DNA of 64,000 bases, from IMG/VR virus record IMGVR_UViG_3300028654_000384, positions 151,858 through 215,857 of that record. One strand, given 5' to 3'. Positions 8,200 to 17,137 of this stretch are shown here, in pieces (within the stretch, counting starts at the first letter, position 1; each line of letters begins with the position of its first letter). Position numbers and translations under genes: made by a program. The notes below the pieces were generated by a model, which worked only from the letters and a program-made list of their open reading frames with translations, was not told the DNA's origin and made no database searches.

Positions 8200-8414
8200 G
8201 ACAGCACCCACTTGTTGAGCCAACCAAAGCAACCTGCAGCGAGGACGAAGACGTAACCACAGTCGCGGTCGACCATGCCCACGATGAGCACCGCACCGTT
8301 GAGTGTAACGTAGCCCCGCTTATTGGTGCCGACTGTGGCCAGTATGGGATCGGTGTCCCACAGCACAGCACCGATGTTGGCGAAGAACAGGGTGCCGGGC
8401 TCGAACCCAGACAT
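8196..8414 (-). CDS. PGxL/SH3-like family protein
   Basis: EPGTLF..VLW..AVLIV..FVLAAGCFGW. Confidence 0.7.
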   Translation of the reverse strand: MSGFEPGTLFFANIGAVLWDTDPILATVGTNKRGYVTLNGAVLIVGMVDRDCGYVFVLAAGCFGWLNKWVLS

Positions 8415-8659
8415 CACAACACCTCCAAGTGGAAGGTGTTGAGCCAACCCAACTGACCCTCACCGGTGACGATGAAGGCAAATACCTGCCCGTCTAGTCT
8501 CCTCACGACCTGGGCCGCGGCGAGGGCGACGGTGTTACCAGCAGCGCGCAGGTTCGCGTAGTCAGCACTAGTGATTGAATCAGGCGACGGCACCCGTGGC
8601 CACAACAGGCCACCGAGGGGTGGGACGAGGTGACCGGGTTGAAGTTTGACGGAAGACAA
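8414..8659 (-). CDS. PGxL/SH3-like family protein
   Basis: QPGHLV..LLW..FIVTGEGQLGW; TTG start tentative. Confidence 0.65.
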   Translation of the reverse strand: MSSVKLQPGHLVPPLGGLLWPRVPSPDSITSADYANLRAAGNTVALAAAQVVRRLDGQVFAFIVTGEGQLGWLNTFHLEVL

Positions 8660-8666
8660 GGTGCAC

Positions 8667-8873
8667 TCACCTGCGACTGCGATAAAAGGCACGCTGGGCA
8701 TCGGGATGATAGGCGACCTTGGCCAGCACCTGAGTGCCCCGCGAGATGTGCCCGGGCAAAAAGGCATAGCGCTCGGCACTGGCACAGTCGAAGGACACGA
8801 TGGTGCCCCTGTCGTCGGTGGTCAGCAGTTCATTGGTTTCGAAAGAAGGGGAGGAGGTGGCCATGATGGTCAA
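8667..8873 (-). CDS. Hypothetical protein
   Basis: Fills gap in the minus-strand array; not a clear family member. Confidence 0.4.
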   Translation of the reverse strand: MTIMATSSPSFETNELLTTDDRGTIVSFDCASAERYAFLPGHISRGTQVLAKVAYHPDAQRAFYRSRR

Positions 8874-8902
8874 TGGTAAGCCAGTATTGGCACAGTATGC
8901 AC

Positions 8903-9145
8903 TCAGGTGATGTCACACAGGTACCGCAACTTGACCCAACCGCACCGGTGCAAGCGCGAGACAAAGACATAGGCATCATCGACGTCACGGCCGACCGACA
9001 GCACCAGGCAGACATCGTCCACCCGCAGGACCTCGGTGTCAATGCCGTAGCCCGCGCCAGGCCGCGCACCGAGCCACAACAGGTTCACGCTGCAAACCCT
9101 CTTGAGGGTGCCCGGCGGTGAGGAGGAGGAGGAGGGTTGCATCAC
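8903..9145 (-). CDS. PGxL/SH3-like family protein (SRLxRxGW subgroup)
   Basis: PPGTLK..LLW..DDVCLVL..VFVSRLHRCGW. Confidence 0.7.
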   Translation of the reverse strand: MMQPSSSSSPPGTLKRVCSVNLLWLGARPGAGYGIDTEVLRVDDVCLVLSVGRDVDDAYVFVSRLHRCGWVKLRYLCDIT

Positions 9146-9403
9146 CGTGATGACCATGACAGAATGTCGTGCCGAACCCAGCCGACCTTCATGAGGCGGG
9201 AGGCAAGGACGCAGACATAGGCGACGTTGCGCTGGTCGGGGGTGACCCCCGGTTGAATGTAGACAACAGCAGACAGGCGTCGCCGGCCCACAAGTCATCG
9301 GTGTGGAGATCCCACAGCCCGGGCCCTCGGGGTGCATGCGACGCCACAGGAGGCCGGGCTGCGCGGTGAAGAACAGGGTCTGGACCGGGGGCATCATCTG
9401 CAT
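9142..9403 (-). pseudogene. Doubly frameshifted PGxL/SH3-like paralog
   Basis: Family motifs lie in three successive frames (QTLFF..LLW / AGDACLLL / YVCVLASRLMKVGW); shifts at a CCCC and a GGGGG run; last frame ends with GTGA coupling to next gene. Confidence 0.6.
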
Positions 9404-9760
9404 CTAGACCTCCCCCAAAGAATCGAGGCGAACCCAACAGATTCGCTGCAAACGTGAGACAAAGACACGGGCATAGGACGTGCTCGCGCCGGGAAAGGGA
9501 CTCACTGCCAACAACAGGCAGGTGTCACCCACTTCGAGTGCACTAAGTGCGTCATCGTTCGCCGTGACTGAGCAACCATCGGGCCAGGCAATGACGTGCG
9601 AACAGGCAAACAGCAAGGCGGGGGTCGGATCGGTGAAGACCAACGTACCTGGCCTCGGGAACCGAGGCGCCTTCGGTGGGAGTTTGGCTCCCACTGGCAT
9701 GTCGGTCGTCGTGCGATGAACTCGTTCGTCGTCGGGAATCGACACTGGGGTGATGATCAT
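9404..9760 (-). CDS. PGxL/SH3-like family protein (SRLxRxGW subgroup)
   Basis: RPGTLV..GDTCLLL..VFVSRLQRICW. Confidence 0.7.
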   Translation of the reverse strand: MIITPVSIPDDERVHRTTTDMPVGAKLPPKAPRFPRPGTLVFTDPTPALLFACSHVIAWPDGCSVTANDDALSALEVGDTCLLLAVSPFPGASTSYARVFVSRLQRICWVRLDSLGEV

Positions 9761-10300
9761 GGGGCTAGCAACACATCTCGCAGGTCGCTGCGGCCGAGCC
9801 AACCCAGGTGGGGGTTGGACCCGCGCGTTAAGATTGGGCGGGCGTGTGGTCGCACCACACGCAGGCGCGTGCATGTGATGATTGATCATTTGAGGGTGCG
9901 AGAGGGGCACTGATGTGTGGTAGGCACGTATGGTGATAGGCTACGGTGTCCACGGTTTGACGGGCGCTGGAGGCTGCGTGAAGGGGTGAAAGGGGCACCA
10001 TGAAGCGTGGAGGTGAACCGCGTGACGGCTGAGCATTGCGAGAGCATTCGTAACGAATATATTCGCTGTCGATCTGCGAGGTCGCAGCGAGAGAGCTCGT
10101 CGCCAAGTGAAGTGACTTCACCCATCCCCTCTGCGTCACACGGTGCGTCCGCCAAATCTGCCGCCCACGTGCTCAGTCTGGCTGCTGCAAATAGCCGACC
10201 CAACTGCACCTCCGCTCATGCGGGTGGGATTGTCTCGCACGTTGCTCGCGCATCGCGTCCTTCGTTGCAAGGCGCTGCTGGTCCAGGCATTGGGTGCACC

Positions 10301-10576
10301 TTACACGATGTAGAAGTTGCCGTCGATGCCCAGGTAGCTGCCCACTGCCATGACGCGGCCCAGCGTGTTGTGGCGACGGGCGGCCAGCGACTGCTTGCTG
10401 TGGAAGCTGATGGTGGTGGCTCGCTGTGCCCAGTAGTAGCTCTGGCCATCGACTGCCACCATGGTGGGCTTCCGCTGCAGGGCGGCCTGCAGTGCCTTGG
10501 TCACCGCGTCGTTGGCGACCCAGTGGAGCTTCGCGGTGACGACGGTGATGGGGATGTGGTCTTGTGCGTTCTTCAT
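10301..10576 (-). CDS. Hypothetical protein
   Basis: MKNAQDHIP..., strong GC3 bias, GGAG upstream. Confidence 0.7.
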   Translation of the reverse strand: MKNAQDHIPITVVTAKLHWVANDAVTKALQAALQRKPTMVAVDGQSYYWAQRATTISFHSKQSLAARRHNTLGRVMAVGSYLGIDGNFYIV

Positions 10577-10854
10577 GGTGGTCTCTGCTCCGGGCGTTGT
10601 GGTGATCTGAAGATGTTCAATTGCTCTCGCGAGCACGTGTCGTGTCGTCGTGCGCCCGACAACAACTCGTGGGTTTGGGCGCACTTCACTCGAGCGCTCG
10701 CTCGCGAGCAGGGGTGTCGTCGAGCGTGTGTGCTCGCATCGCAGGTCGCTACAACGACGCGTGTCGTCCGCCTGCGTGCACCCGAAAGATCGCGTATCGG
10801 GTCGCACGTGGCGCCCGGGCGTGCAGGGGTTTATGCGACCTTACGGGGTGACCC

Positions 10855-11037
10855 CTACGGCACCTCGATGACGTGTGACTGGGCGATGAGGTTGCCGTCG
10901 CTGTCGAGGGTGACGGTGTGGACCCACTGGCCGTCGCAGTACCAGCAGCACTCGAGCTCGATGAGGGGCTCGGTGGGAATGTTGTTGATGAGCCGGGTGT
11001 GCCAGAGGTGGTCACCGGGGCAGAAAGTGGGGTCCAT
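10855..11037 (-). CDS. Hypothetical protein, leaderless (PGDHL N-terminus)
   Basis: ORF starts at promoter ATG. Confidence 0.65.
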   Translation of the reverse strand: MDPTFCPGDHLWHTRLINNIPTEPLIELECCWYCDGQWVHTVTLDSDGNLIAQSHVIEVP

Positions 11038-11073
11038 GATCTAATCCTACCAGGAACGGGTGGTCTCTTGCAC
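11038..11073 (-). promoter_or_regulatory. Phage consensus promoter, leaderless
   Basis: TGCAAG-17-TAGGAT-TAGATC-ATG. Confidence 0.8.
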
Positions 11074-11080
11074 TGTCCAT

Positions 11081-11103
11081 GAATTATACCCGGAGTGTAA
11101 TTC
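11081..11103. promoter_or_regulatory. 9-5-9 palindrome, copy 2 (between divergent promoters)
   Basis: GAATTATAC-CCGGA-GTGTAATTC. Confidence 0.7.
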
Positions 11104-11121
11104 TGGCAGACAACGTGAGTA

Positions 11122-11157
11122 GTGCAAGTCTCAAGTAAACCGTGGTACAGTTAGATC
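11122..11157 (+). promoter_or_regulatory. Phage consensus promoter, leaderless
   Basis: TGCAAG-17-TACAGT-TAGATC-ATG. Confidence 0.8.
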
Positions 11158-11403
11158 ATGGACCCCAACAGCAGCTTCGAGATGGAGTGGATCATCTGCA
11201 TCAACTTGCAGCCGGCGCCCTCGGTGATCACCAAGCTACCCAATGTCTACTTGACCAACGTGAACGTCGACACCCGGGTCACCACCAACATCTACCAGGC
11301 GCAGGGTTACCACTACAAGTCAGACGCTCGGGTCGCTGCCGAGCTGACCGGTGTGGTCTACGACATTCGCCGACGACGTGACTTCCGCGCCTCAACGGTG
11401 TAA
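11158..11403 (+). CDS. Hypothetical protein, leaderless cassette
   Basis: ORF at promoter ATG; stop GTG-TAA is the next -35 box. Confidence 0.65.
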   Translation: MDPNSSFEMEWIICINLQPAPSVITKLPNVYLTNVNVDTRVTTNIYQAQGYHYKSDARVAAELTGVVYDIRRRRDFRASTV

Positions 11404-11433
11404 ACTCCTCACCGTACGTGGTAGAATGGTACT
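11398..11433 (+). promoter_or_regulatory. Phage promoter variant
   Basis: TGTAAA-17-TAGAAT. Confidence 0.6.
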
Positions 11434-11519
11434 TGATGGTGGATGAAGCAGTCCACACAGTGAGGGCGCTCCCCTCACCAGAACTCCCTCCAACAGGAAC
11501 ACAGGAAAAGGAACATCCC

Positions 11520-12152
11520 ATGTCAGACACGCAGAACGACCCGACCAGCACGTCCGAGATCGACAAGGCCATCAACGCTGCCAAGGCACGCAAGGCCGCG
11601 CGCGGTGAGAAGGTCATCTCTGCCGACGGCACCCCCAAGGCCGCGAAGGCGCCCCGGGCACCCCGCGCTCCCAAGGCCACCGACGAGGCCAAGCTCGCCC
11701 TCAAGGCAGCGAAGGCAGCCACCGCCGCCGCCAAACGTGCAGCGCGCCAGGCAAAGAAAGCGGCCGCAGCGCCCAAGGCGACGGCCCACATGAAGAAGGT
11801 CGAGAAGGCCGCCGAGCGCCTAGGCACCCTGTCCGACGCCGCTTCCCTCATCTTCAACGAGGCGACGGCGAGCCTGTCGGCCCTCGAGCTGGGCATCCTC
11901 GCCGGCCACCTGCAGCACTTCAACCGCGTCAAGGCGACGTCCCGCGCCGCGGCGACCCGCCCGTCGGTGGGCCAGACTGTCACCATCGTGTCGGGCGACC
12001 CCCGCTACGTGGGCCGCACGGGCACCGTCACCAAGTCGCAGCGCATCCGCATGTACGTGCAGCTCGACGGCGTCAAGAAACCCGTCTACCTGTTCACCAG
12101 CGACGCAGTCCTCGCGAATGACGAAGCGACCGAACAGTCCGCATCGGCGTGA
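11520..12152 (+). CDS. Lys/Ala-rich histone-H1-like protein with C-terminal KOW/SH3-like domain
   Basis: AKAAKAATAAAKRAARQAKK low-complexity basic tract; VGQTVTIVSGDPRYVGRTGTV KOW-like motif. Confidence 0.7.
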   Translation: MSDTQNDPTSTSEIDKAINAAKARKAARGEKVISADGTPKAAKAPRAPRAPKATDEAKLALKAAKAATAAAKRAARQAKKAAAAPKATAHMKKVEKAAERLGTLSDAASLIFNEATASLSALELGILAGHLQHFNRVKATSRAAATRPSVGQTVTIVSGDPRYVGRTGTVTKSQRIRMYVQLDGVKKPVYLFTSDAVLANDEATEQSASA

Positions 12153-12382
12153 AGGTGATGTTGCAGTGGGTGGTGCCGGCACTCGTCGGCACCACTTTGC
12201 TGTCACCCGCTCAGGCCCACCCGTCTCCCACCCACAATTCGACGACACAGTGTGAGGCCATCAGTGACCCCGACCACCGGCACTTTTGCCGAGCGGTGGT
12301 GGGCCACGACCCCCTCGAGTGCGAGCTGATCCACAACCACGACCTGCGGCAGCTGTGCCGCGCCGAAGCCACACCGAAGTGA
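12149..12382 (+). CDS. Secreted small Cys-rich protein
   Basis: Signal-peptide-like N-terminus; two CxxIxxxDxRxxCRA repeats. Confidence 0.7.
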   Translation: MKVMLQWVVPALVGTTLLSPAQAHPSPTHNSTTQCEAISDPDHRHFCRAVVGHDPLECELIHNHDLRQLCRAEATPK

Positions 12383-12398
12383 AGAGGAGCAACGCCGG

Positions 12399-12698
12399 AT
12401 GACCAGGAAAGAATTCTGCCACCAACTGCTGCTGTCGAACCTGCTGAGCAAGGGCCAGGACTACAACAGAGCCGACAAGCCCACCGAGCCCGAGGTCGAC
12501 GCCGTCAAGCGCCGCTGCACCTTCATCGGCAGGCTGGCGGACGCGGTGCCCATCGGCTTCTTCGATGACGAGCACCCGGGTGCGGTGTCCCTCGGCCTCG
12601 ACGAGAGCGCCGGCCCATTTTGCCCACCGCAGTCCGACGCCACCGACCCACAGGTCACCCTCACCCAGCGCGTCACCGGCAGCATCGATCCCAAATAG
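12399..12698 (+). CDS. Hypothetical protein
   Basis: GAGGAG SD, GC3 bias. Confidence 0.65.
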   Translation: MTRKEFCHQLLLSNLLSKGQDYNRADKPTEPEVDAVKRRCTFIGRLADAVPIGFFDDEHPGAVSLGLDESAGPFCPPQSDATDPQVTLTQRVTGSIDPK

Positions 12699-12753
12699 GC
12701 CTCCCAAAGTTGAACATTCTTCGGATCACAGATCCAGAAAGTCACGGTGCGCG

Positions 12754-12960
12754 GTGAATAAAAAGGCGAGACAGCTCAACAGCTTCAAGATCAAGGCCTC
12801 GCAGCAGGGGCTGACGAGGGCGCGAGCAGAAAGACTGATCAGCCAGCAGTGGGACACGCTGACCGACGAGCAGCACGCTCAACTGGCCGCCCACAAGAAC
12901 AACCACGTCAAGGTGAAGCTGGCAGTGAAGTTGGCGCAGCAGAAGGCACAGCAGGGATAG
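12754..12960 (+). CDS. Hypothetical basic helical protein
   Basis: GTG start, K/Q-rich. Confidence 0.55.
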   Translation: MNKKARQLNSFKIKASQQGLTRARAERLISQQWDTLTDEQHAQLAAHKNNHVKVKLAVKLAQQKAQQG

Positions 12961-12987
12961 ATAACGCGCCGAGACCATAAATACAGC

Positions 12988-13263
12988 ATGCACTGGCAAC
13001 CACCCTTCCCGGCGCGCCAACTGGAGCTGCAGTGCCCGAGCTGCGGAGTGCAGGGCCACGTCTGGGCGCGGGTGTCGGCCAGCTACTGCGACGGCGACAC
13101 CGTCGACGCCTACTGCGGGCACTGCCATCAACCCCTCGAGGTGACGGCACGGGTCAGGGTCGCCTTCGTCGATGCCGCGTGCTGTGAGACGGGCTCGGTG
13201 GAGCCGGCGGCCGACGAGCGGGGGATGGACATGCTGCAGCACGACCCGCGGCACCACGGGTGA
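12988..13263 (+). CDS. Zn-ribbon protein
   Basis: CPSC...CGHC. Confidence 0.65.
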   Translation: MHWQPPFPARQLELQCPSCGVQGHVWARVSASYCDGDTVDAYCGHCHQPLEVTARVRVAFVDAACCETGSVEPAADERGMDMLQHDPRHHG

Positions 13264-13581
13264 GCGACCCCCTGAGCGGGCGGCCGGTTGAGGGCCCACC
13301 GCAGAGCCACGGCGGGGCCCCGTCGAGACCCCATGGCCCCACCCCATGGCCCTGGAGGGGCAGGCAACCTTTGTGGGGCCTTTCTGGGGGAGGCTCGAGC
13401 TTGACCTCATCGCACAAATCACGTGCAATTCCCGCGCCTAATCAGCCCATCTGTGTGCATCTGTGTGGCTTTGTGATGTATGATGTAGCGCGAGAGCAGG
13501 TGGGAGTGAAGCTCCCACTTCACCACATTCACCGCGCCCACACGAAAATCCCGTGAAGCAAAGTGAGGCATACTTACCACC

Positions 13582-13920
13582 ATGGACATGACAGCATTTT
13601 GGGCCACCGTCCCGCCGCAAGACAAGTTGGCCGTGGGCCAGCTGAAGAATTCACCTTCGCTGGCCGCGGCCAGGCAGGACTTTCTCGGTGACGCGCCGAC
13701 GGAGTTCGCTTCCACTGTCATCCCCAACATCGGGCCCAGCGGCGCGACGACCGACGACGACGAAGAAGACCTCGCCGAACGCGATCCCGATCAGGAGATC
13801 ACCGACGCCGACGGGCCCTCGGTCAGCGGCGACAAGGCCCTGATGGCCTACCAACCGTCGATCGATGCCCTGTACCTGTGGTACCCCGACGACAAAACTT
13901 GGCGCATGTGGAACTATTGA
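13582..13920 (+). CDS. Hypothetical acidic protein
   Basis: GAGG SD, acidic tract, GC3 bias. Confidence 0.7.
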   Translation: MDMTAFWATVPPQDKLAVGQLKNSPSLAAARQDFLGDAPTEFASTVIPNIGPSGATTDDDEEDLAERDPDQEITDADGPSVSGDKALMAYQPSIDALYLWYPDDKTWRMWNY

Positions 13921-14372
13921 TGCCGTGCCTTGATGCCGGCATGGCCATTGAAGTGAGTGTCGGGCCCAGGAACTGGGTGACCCTTTTGGGTCATGTCGGT
14001 TCCCGACACTGGCCCTCACCGCGCACCCTGATCCTGTTGCTCACCCTTCTCCAGGTCTCTGCTTGCGGCGGCACCCTGGTTGGGCCCGTCTTCGAGTATC
14101 AGGTGGGGGCACAGCCCCCACCGCCTGCACACCCCACTTCCGGCTTTGCTGCTTCAACGTGGTCGCCGACGAACAGTAACCAGGCCATCGTCTATGCTCA
14201 AGCGGCGACCCCTGCCGCGGTACCGCCCATCCACAAGCGCCACACCACCGTCGCCTCGGTGCAGTGGCCGTGGATCGCCGTCGCCGCCACCGTCCTCGTC
14301 GGCGGCACCCTGGCGGGCCTGGCGGCGTCAGGTTGTTTCGATGGCAACTGTGGCAAGACACTGGGCTGGTGA
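13920..14372 (+). CDS. Putative membrane protein/lipoprotein
   Basis: LLLTLLQVSAC hydrophobic segment; C-terminal TM. Confidence 0.55.
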   Translation: MPCLDAGMAIEVSVGPRNWVTLLGHVGSRHWPSPRTLILLLTLLQVSACGGTLVGPVFEYQVGAQPPPPAHPTSGFAASTWSPTNSNQAIVYAQAATPAAVPPIHKRHTTVASVQWPWIAVAATVLVGGTLAGLAASGCFDGNCGKTLGW

Positions 14373-14448
14373 CGTGCCCAGCACGTCACGCACCCGGTGC
14401 ACCCAAGTCCCTTCGGGACGTTGGGCTGGTGATTGTCATGAAGGGACG

Positions 14449-14504
14449 AAATTGCTTCAGTCCTCACGGACTTCAGGACGTGAATTACACCCCGAGTATA
14501 ATTC
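14449..14504 (+). repeat. 56-bp element, inverted copy at 47902..47957; includes 9-5-9 palindrome copy 3 (14482..14504)
   Basis: 54/56 identity to reverse complement of 47902..47957. Confidence 0.9.
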
Positions 14505-14512
14505 GACGGGGA

Positions 14513-14548
14513 GTGCAAGCGCACTGACTTCTGGCTTACAGTTAGATC
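14513..14548 (+). promoter_or_regulatory. Phage consensus promoter, leaderless
   Basis: TGCAAG-17-TACAGT-TAGATC-ATG. Confidence 0.8.
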
Positions 14549-15292
14549 ATGAGGACGATAGGAATCATGACGATGGCCTGCCTGGTGGGAGCAACGCTCC
14601 CACTGGTTGCCTGTGGCGGCGCGCCCCCGGCAGCGCCCCCCGAGCTGACGAGTGCCTGCGCCGGCCATACCTGCAGTGGGGGTTCCACCCCCACCAGCCC
14701 CACCGACCCTTCACTTGCCCCCACCGTGTCGCCCCCAAGCGCTTCGTCGGTGCCGGCGAAGGAATCCCCTTCGCCTGAGGCGGGGATTTTACCTGATGCC
14801 GCCACGGTGCCAGTGGGGGCAACGCCCCCACCAGCCCCACCATCGACCCCGCTTCCCGACGCTGCCAGTGAGGGTTCAACCCTCACCGCCGTCGATATCG
14901 ATGCAGGTACCATGGTCAGTGTCCCCGAAGTCGATGCCGGGCCCGATGCGCCGGTTATGGCCGTGCTTCAAACCGACGCCGCGCCACTGCCCGATCCCTG
15001 TGCTGGTGCGAGTGGGGGTTCCACCCCCACCATGGTTCCTCGTGCCTATCCGGGCGGCGGTGGCATCGGTTGTGCGCGGCTCGCGGGTACCGGCACCTCG
15101 GTGCCTTGCCAGTGCTTCGTTACTGCTGGTGAGGGCGGCACCCTCACTGCCACCGCGCTGGCCCTTACCGTCTGCGGGCCGACGGGCTGCAACTGCATCG
15201 CCAACGACGGCGAGGGCCCGGCTGACCGCCCGTACTGCATCGGGCCCAAGTGCACCGCTGACCAGATCGCCAACCAGACGTGCTGGTATTGA
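14549..15292 (+). CDS. Lipoprotein with Pro/Ser/Thr linker and Cys-rich C-terminus
   Basis: Lipobox LVAC-GG; DAG/PDA-rich linker; 8 Cys in the C-terminal domain. Confidence 0.75.
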   Translation: MRTIGIMTMACLVGATLPLVACGGAPPAAPPELTSACAGHTCSGGSTPTSPTDPSLAPTVSPPSASSVPAKESPSPEAGILPDAATVPVGATPPPAPPSTPLPDAASEGSTLTAVDIDAGTMVSVPEVDAGPDAPVMAVLQTDAAPLPDPCAGASGGSTPTMVPRAYPGGGGIGCARLAGTGTSVPCQCFVTAGEGGTLTATALALTVCGPTGCNCIANDGEGPADRPYCIGPKCTADQIANQTCWY

Positions 15293-15340
15293 TGCCGAAG
15301 GTGGGAGCGAATCGCTAGCGATTCGCTCCCACTGCAACAA

Positions 15341-15376
15341 GTGCAAACACTGCACCAACCGTGTTAGGATCTGATC
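15341..15376 (+). promoter_or_regulatory. Phage consensus promoter, leaderless
   Basis: TGCAAA-17-TAGGAT-CTGATC-ATG. Confidence 0.7.
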
Positions 15377-15571
15377 ATGGACAGCTACTCGTACCGCATC
15401 ATTCCCATTGCCGAACGCCATGGCGTTCTCGCCGAACAAAAGGCTCTGCGCCCCGGCGAACGCCTGTGGGTGATCACCACTGCGATGTATGGGGCCTTGT
15501 ACGCCGAACGCGCTACCCCTTTTCGCAGCAGGTTTCGCGGCAAGTCGAAGACGCGAGGTGAACACCGATGA
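15377..15571 (+). CDS. Hypothetical protein, leaderless cassette
   Basis: ORF at promoter ATG. Confidence 0.65.
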   Translation: MDSYSYRIIPIAERHGVLAEQKALRPGERLWVITTAMYGALYAERATPFRSRFRGKSKTRGEHR

Positions 15572-15728
15572 TGCGCGGTCCATCCATTTCCGTCAACGTT
15601 ATGTGCATTCTGGCCTGGGCCTCTCTGTCGGTGTACTTGACATGCCTGGCCATCTCCGCGGTGGAGCACCTCGGTGATGCTGGTGAGGGCGGGACCCTCA
15701 CTTCCGACGTCGTCATGCGGGAGCACCA

Positions 15729-16388
15729 GTGAGGTGGGTGATCTTTGCCATCATCATGGTGCCCATCGCTTGGGTGGTCATCATGTGCACGCTGTCACAC
15801 GTAGCGTATAAACGGTCACGAGGAGACGATAGATGAACAATGCTAGCACATTTCTCATCATTCTCTGCGCCGGCGCGCTCGTCCTGTTTTTCATGTGCAG
15901 GCCTGAGCTCCTCGACAATCATCCATCGTCGTTGGGCACCAACACGCTGGTCCAACATCACACTCCACCGTCTGATGCCGCCCGTCTCGACGCTGTCGAG
16001 AAACGGCTCCACGACATCTGTTCGATGAACGTCCTAGCGGGGTGCCCGTGAAGAACCACATTGTGCTCATCTACATCATCGGCGTCTGTGCTAGCACCGT
16101 GTTTTTCATGTGCACGCGCGACGCCATCATTAGGCTGGCCGCCCGGGCGGGAGCCGAGCTCGCGCCTTCACCTCCTGCCCTACATGAACATATCCCGCAT
16201 GAATGGTCAGCGACTGTCGACGACCGCCTCGACCGCCTGGAGAAGCAACTTCATACCTGTGATGCGGGGTGCCCGTGAAGAACATCAGCTTTTTACTCGT
16301 CCTAATCGCCGTTTGCAGCATCGCCCTGGTTCTCATGTGCACCGCTTTTGCGGCGCCTGAGCTCCGCGCAGCGTTGAGGTGCCAGTGA
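15729..16388 (+). CDS. Four tandem small single-TM paralogs (15729..15836, 15833..16051, 16048..16278, 16275..16388)
   Basis: Each has an N-terminal TM ending MC(T/R); two share DxRLDxxEKxLH..AGCP; stop/start overlaps. Confidence 0.65.
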
Positions 16389-16660
16389 CAAAACGTCATG
16401 CACCCAAGTCGCGCAGCGACGTTGGGCCAGTGAAAAAGTCAACTCGTAAGGTCGTGGAGAACATCAAGGCACAGGGTTCCGTCTTTGCTCCCCGCGACGA
16501 CGTCTATTCGTTGATGCCACAGTGGCCCATCGACCCTCGCCTCGACAAGTGGTCGCCCATCGCCCCGCCCGTTGACTGTGACCTGTGTCACCGCACTGCG
16601 ACGTGGCGGCACACCCGCGGCGCCCTTCGCTGCGACAGGTGCCCTCGTCCGAAGAAGTGA
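16379..16660 (+). CDS. Basic protein with C-terminal Zn-binding motif
   Basis: CDLC..H..CDRC. Confidence 0.6.
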   Translation: MPVTKRHAPKSRSDVGPVKKSTRKVVENIKAQGSVFAPRDDVYSLMPQWPIDPRLDKWSPIAPPVDCDLCHRTATWRHTRGALRCDRCPRPKK

Positions 16661-16670
16661 GGAATTCCCC

Positions 16671-16904
16671 ATGAGCAATCGTCGTTTCATTGTCACCCTT
16701 GAACTGTCGACCGATGCGCTCGCCGACGCTGACGAGGTGTTGGATGCAGTGGGCCGCGCGCTGACTGCATCGTTGCAGCTACCTCACACGGCCGGGGTGT
16801 GGACGCTGGGCATCGTCGGCATGCCCGACGTGCCGGCGACCCGCGACGATGTCGCCCACGCTCAGCGCGACGTTTCCATTGAACGTGATCCGAGGTTGAA
16901 CTGA
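16671..16904 (+). CDS. Hypothetical protein
   Basis: GAGGA SD; coupled to next ORF. Confidence 0.6.
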   Translation: MSNRRFIVTLELSTDALADADEVLDAVGRALTASLQLPHTAGVWTLGIVGMPDVPATRDDVAHAQRDVSIERDPRLN

Positions 16905-17137
16905 TGGCATCTTATGTCGTCGTCCCACTGAAGCTGACCAAGCCTACGTCGGGTCACACCTTCGATCGCCTCGACGTTGCCGCCTCGCTGGCGGCCATGC
17001 TGCAGCCCGGCGACCGCGTCGTCAGCGTCTACCCCGTCCGTGGCCTCGTCCGCAATCAGTGGGACCCCGCGGCCACCTACTTCGAACTTGAGGCCCTCGT
17101 CGAACGAAAGGAACCCGCATCCCATGAAGAAACGTAG
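16904..17137 (+). CDS. Hypothetical protein
   Basis: TGATG coupling, GC3 bias. Confidence 0.6.
   Translation: MASYVVVPLKLTKPTSGHTFDRLDVAASLAAMLQPGDRVVSVYPVRGLVRNQWDPAATYFELEALVERKEPASHEET

Noticed and set aside
9757-10215. Possible further decayed array member (HLGWLGRSDL..., ATGA-coupled at 9757)
   Set aside because: Only the C-terminal fragment fits the family; upstream frames cannot be reconstructed confidently.
10007-11044. 345-aa plus-strand ORF and other long opposite-strand ORFs (11279..11986, 25119..26021, 42527..43255, 54806..55480, 60414..61100)
   Set aside because: Antisense shadows of genuine GC3-biased genes; no motifs, promoters or SD support.
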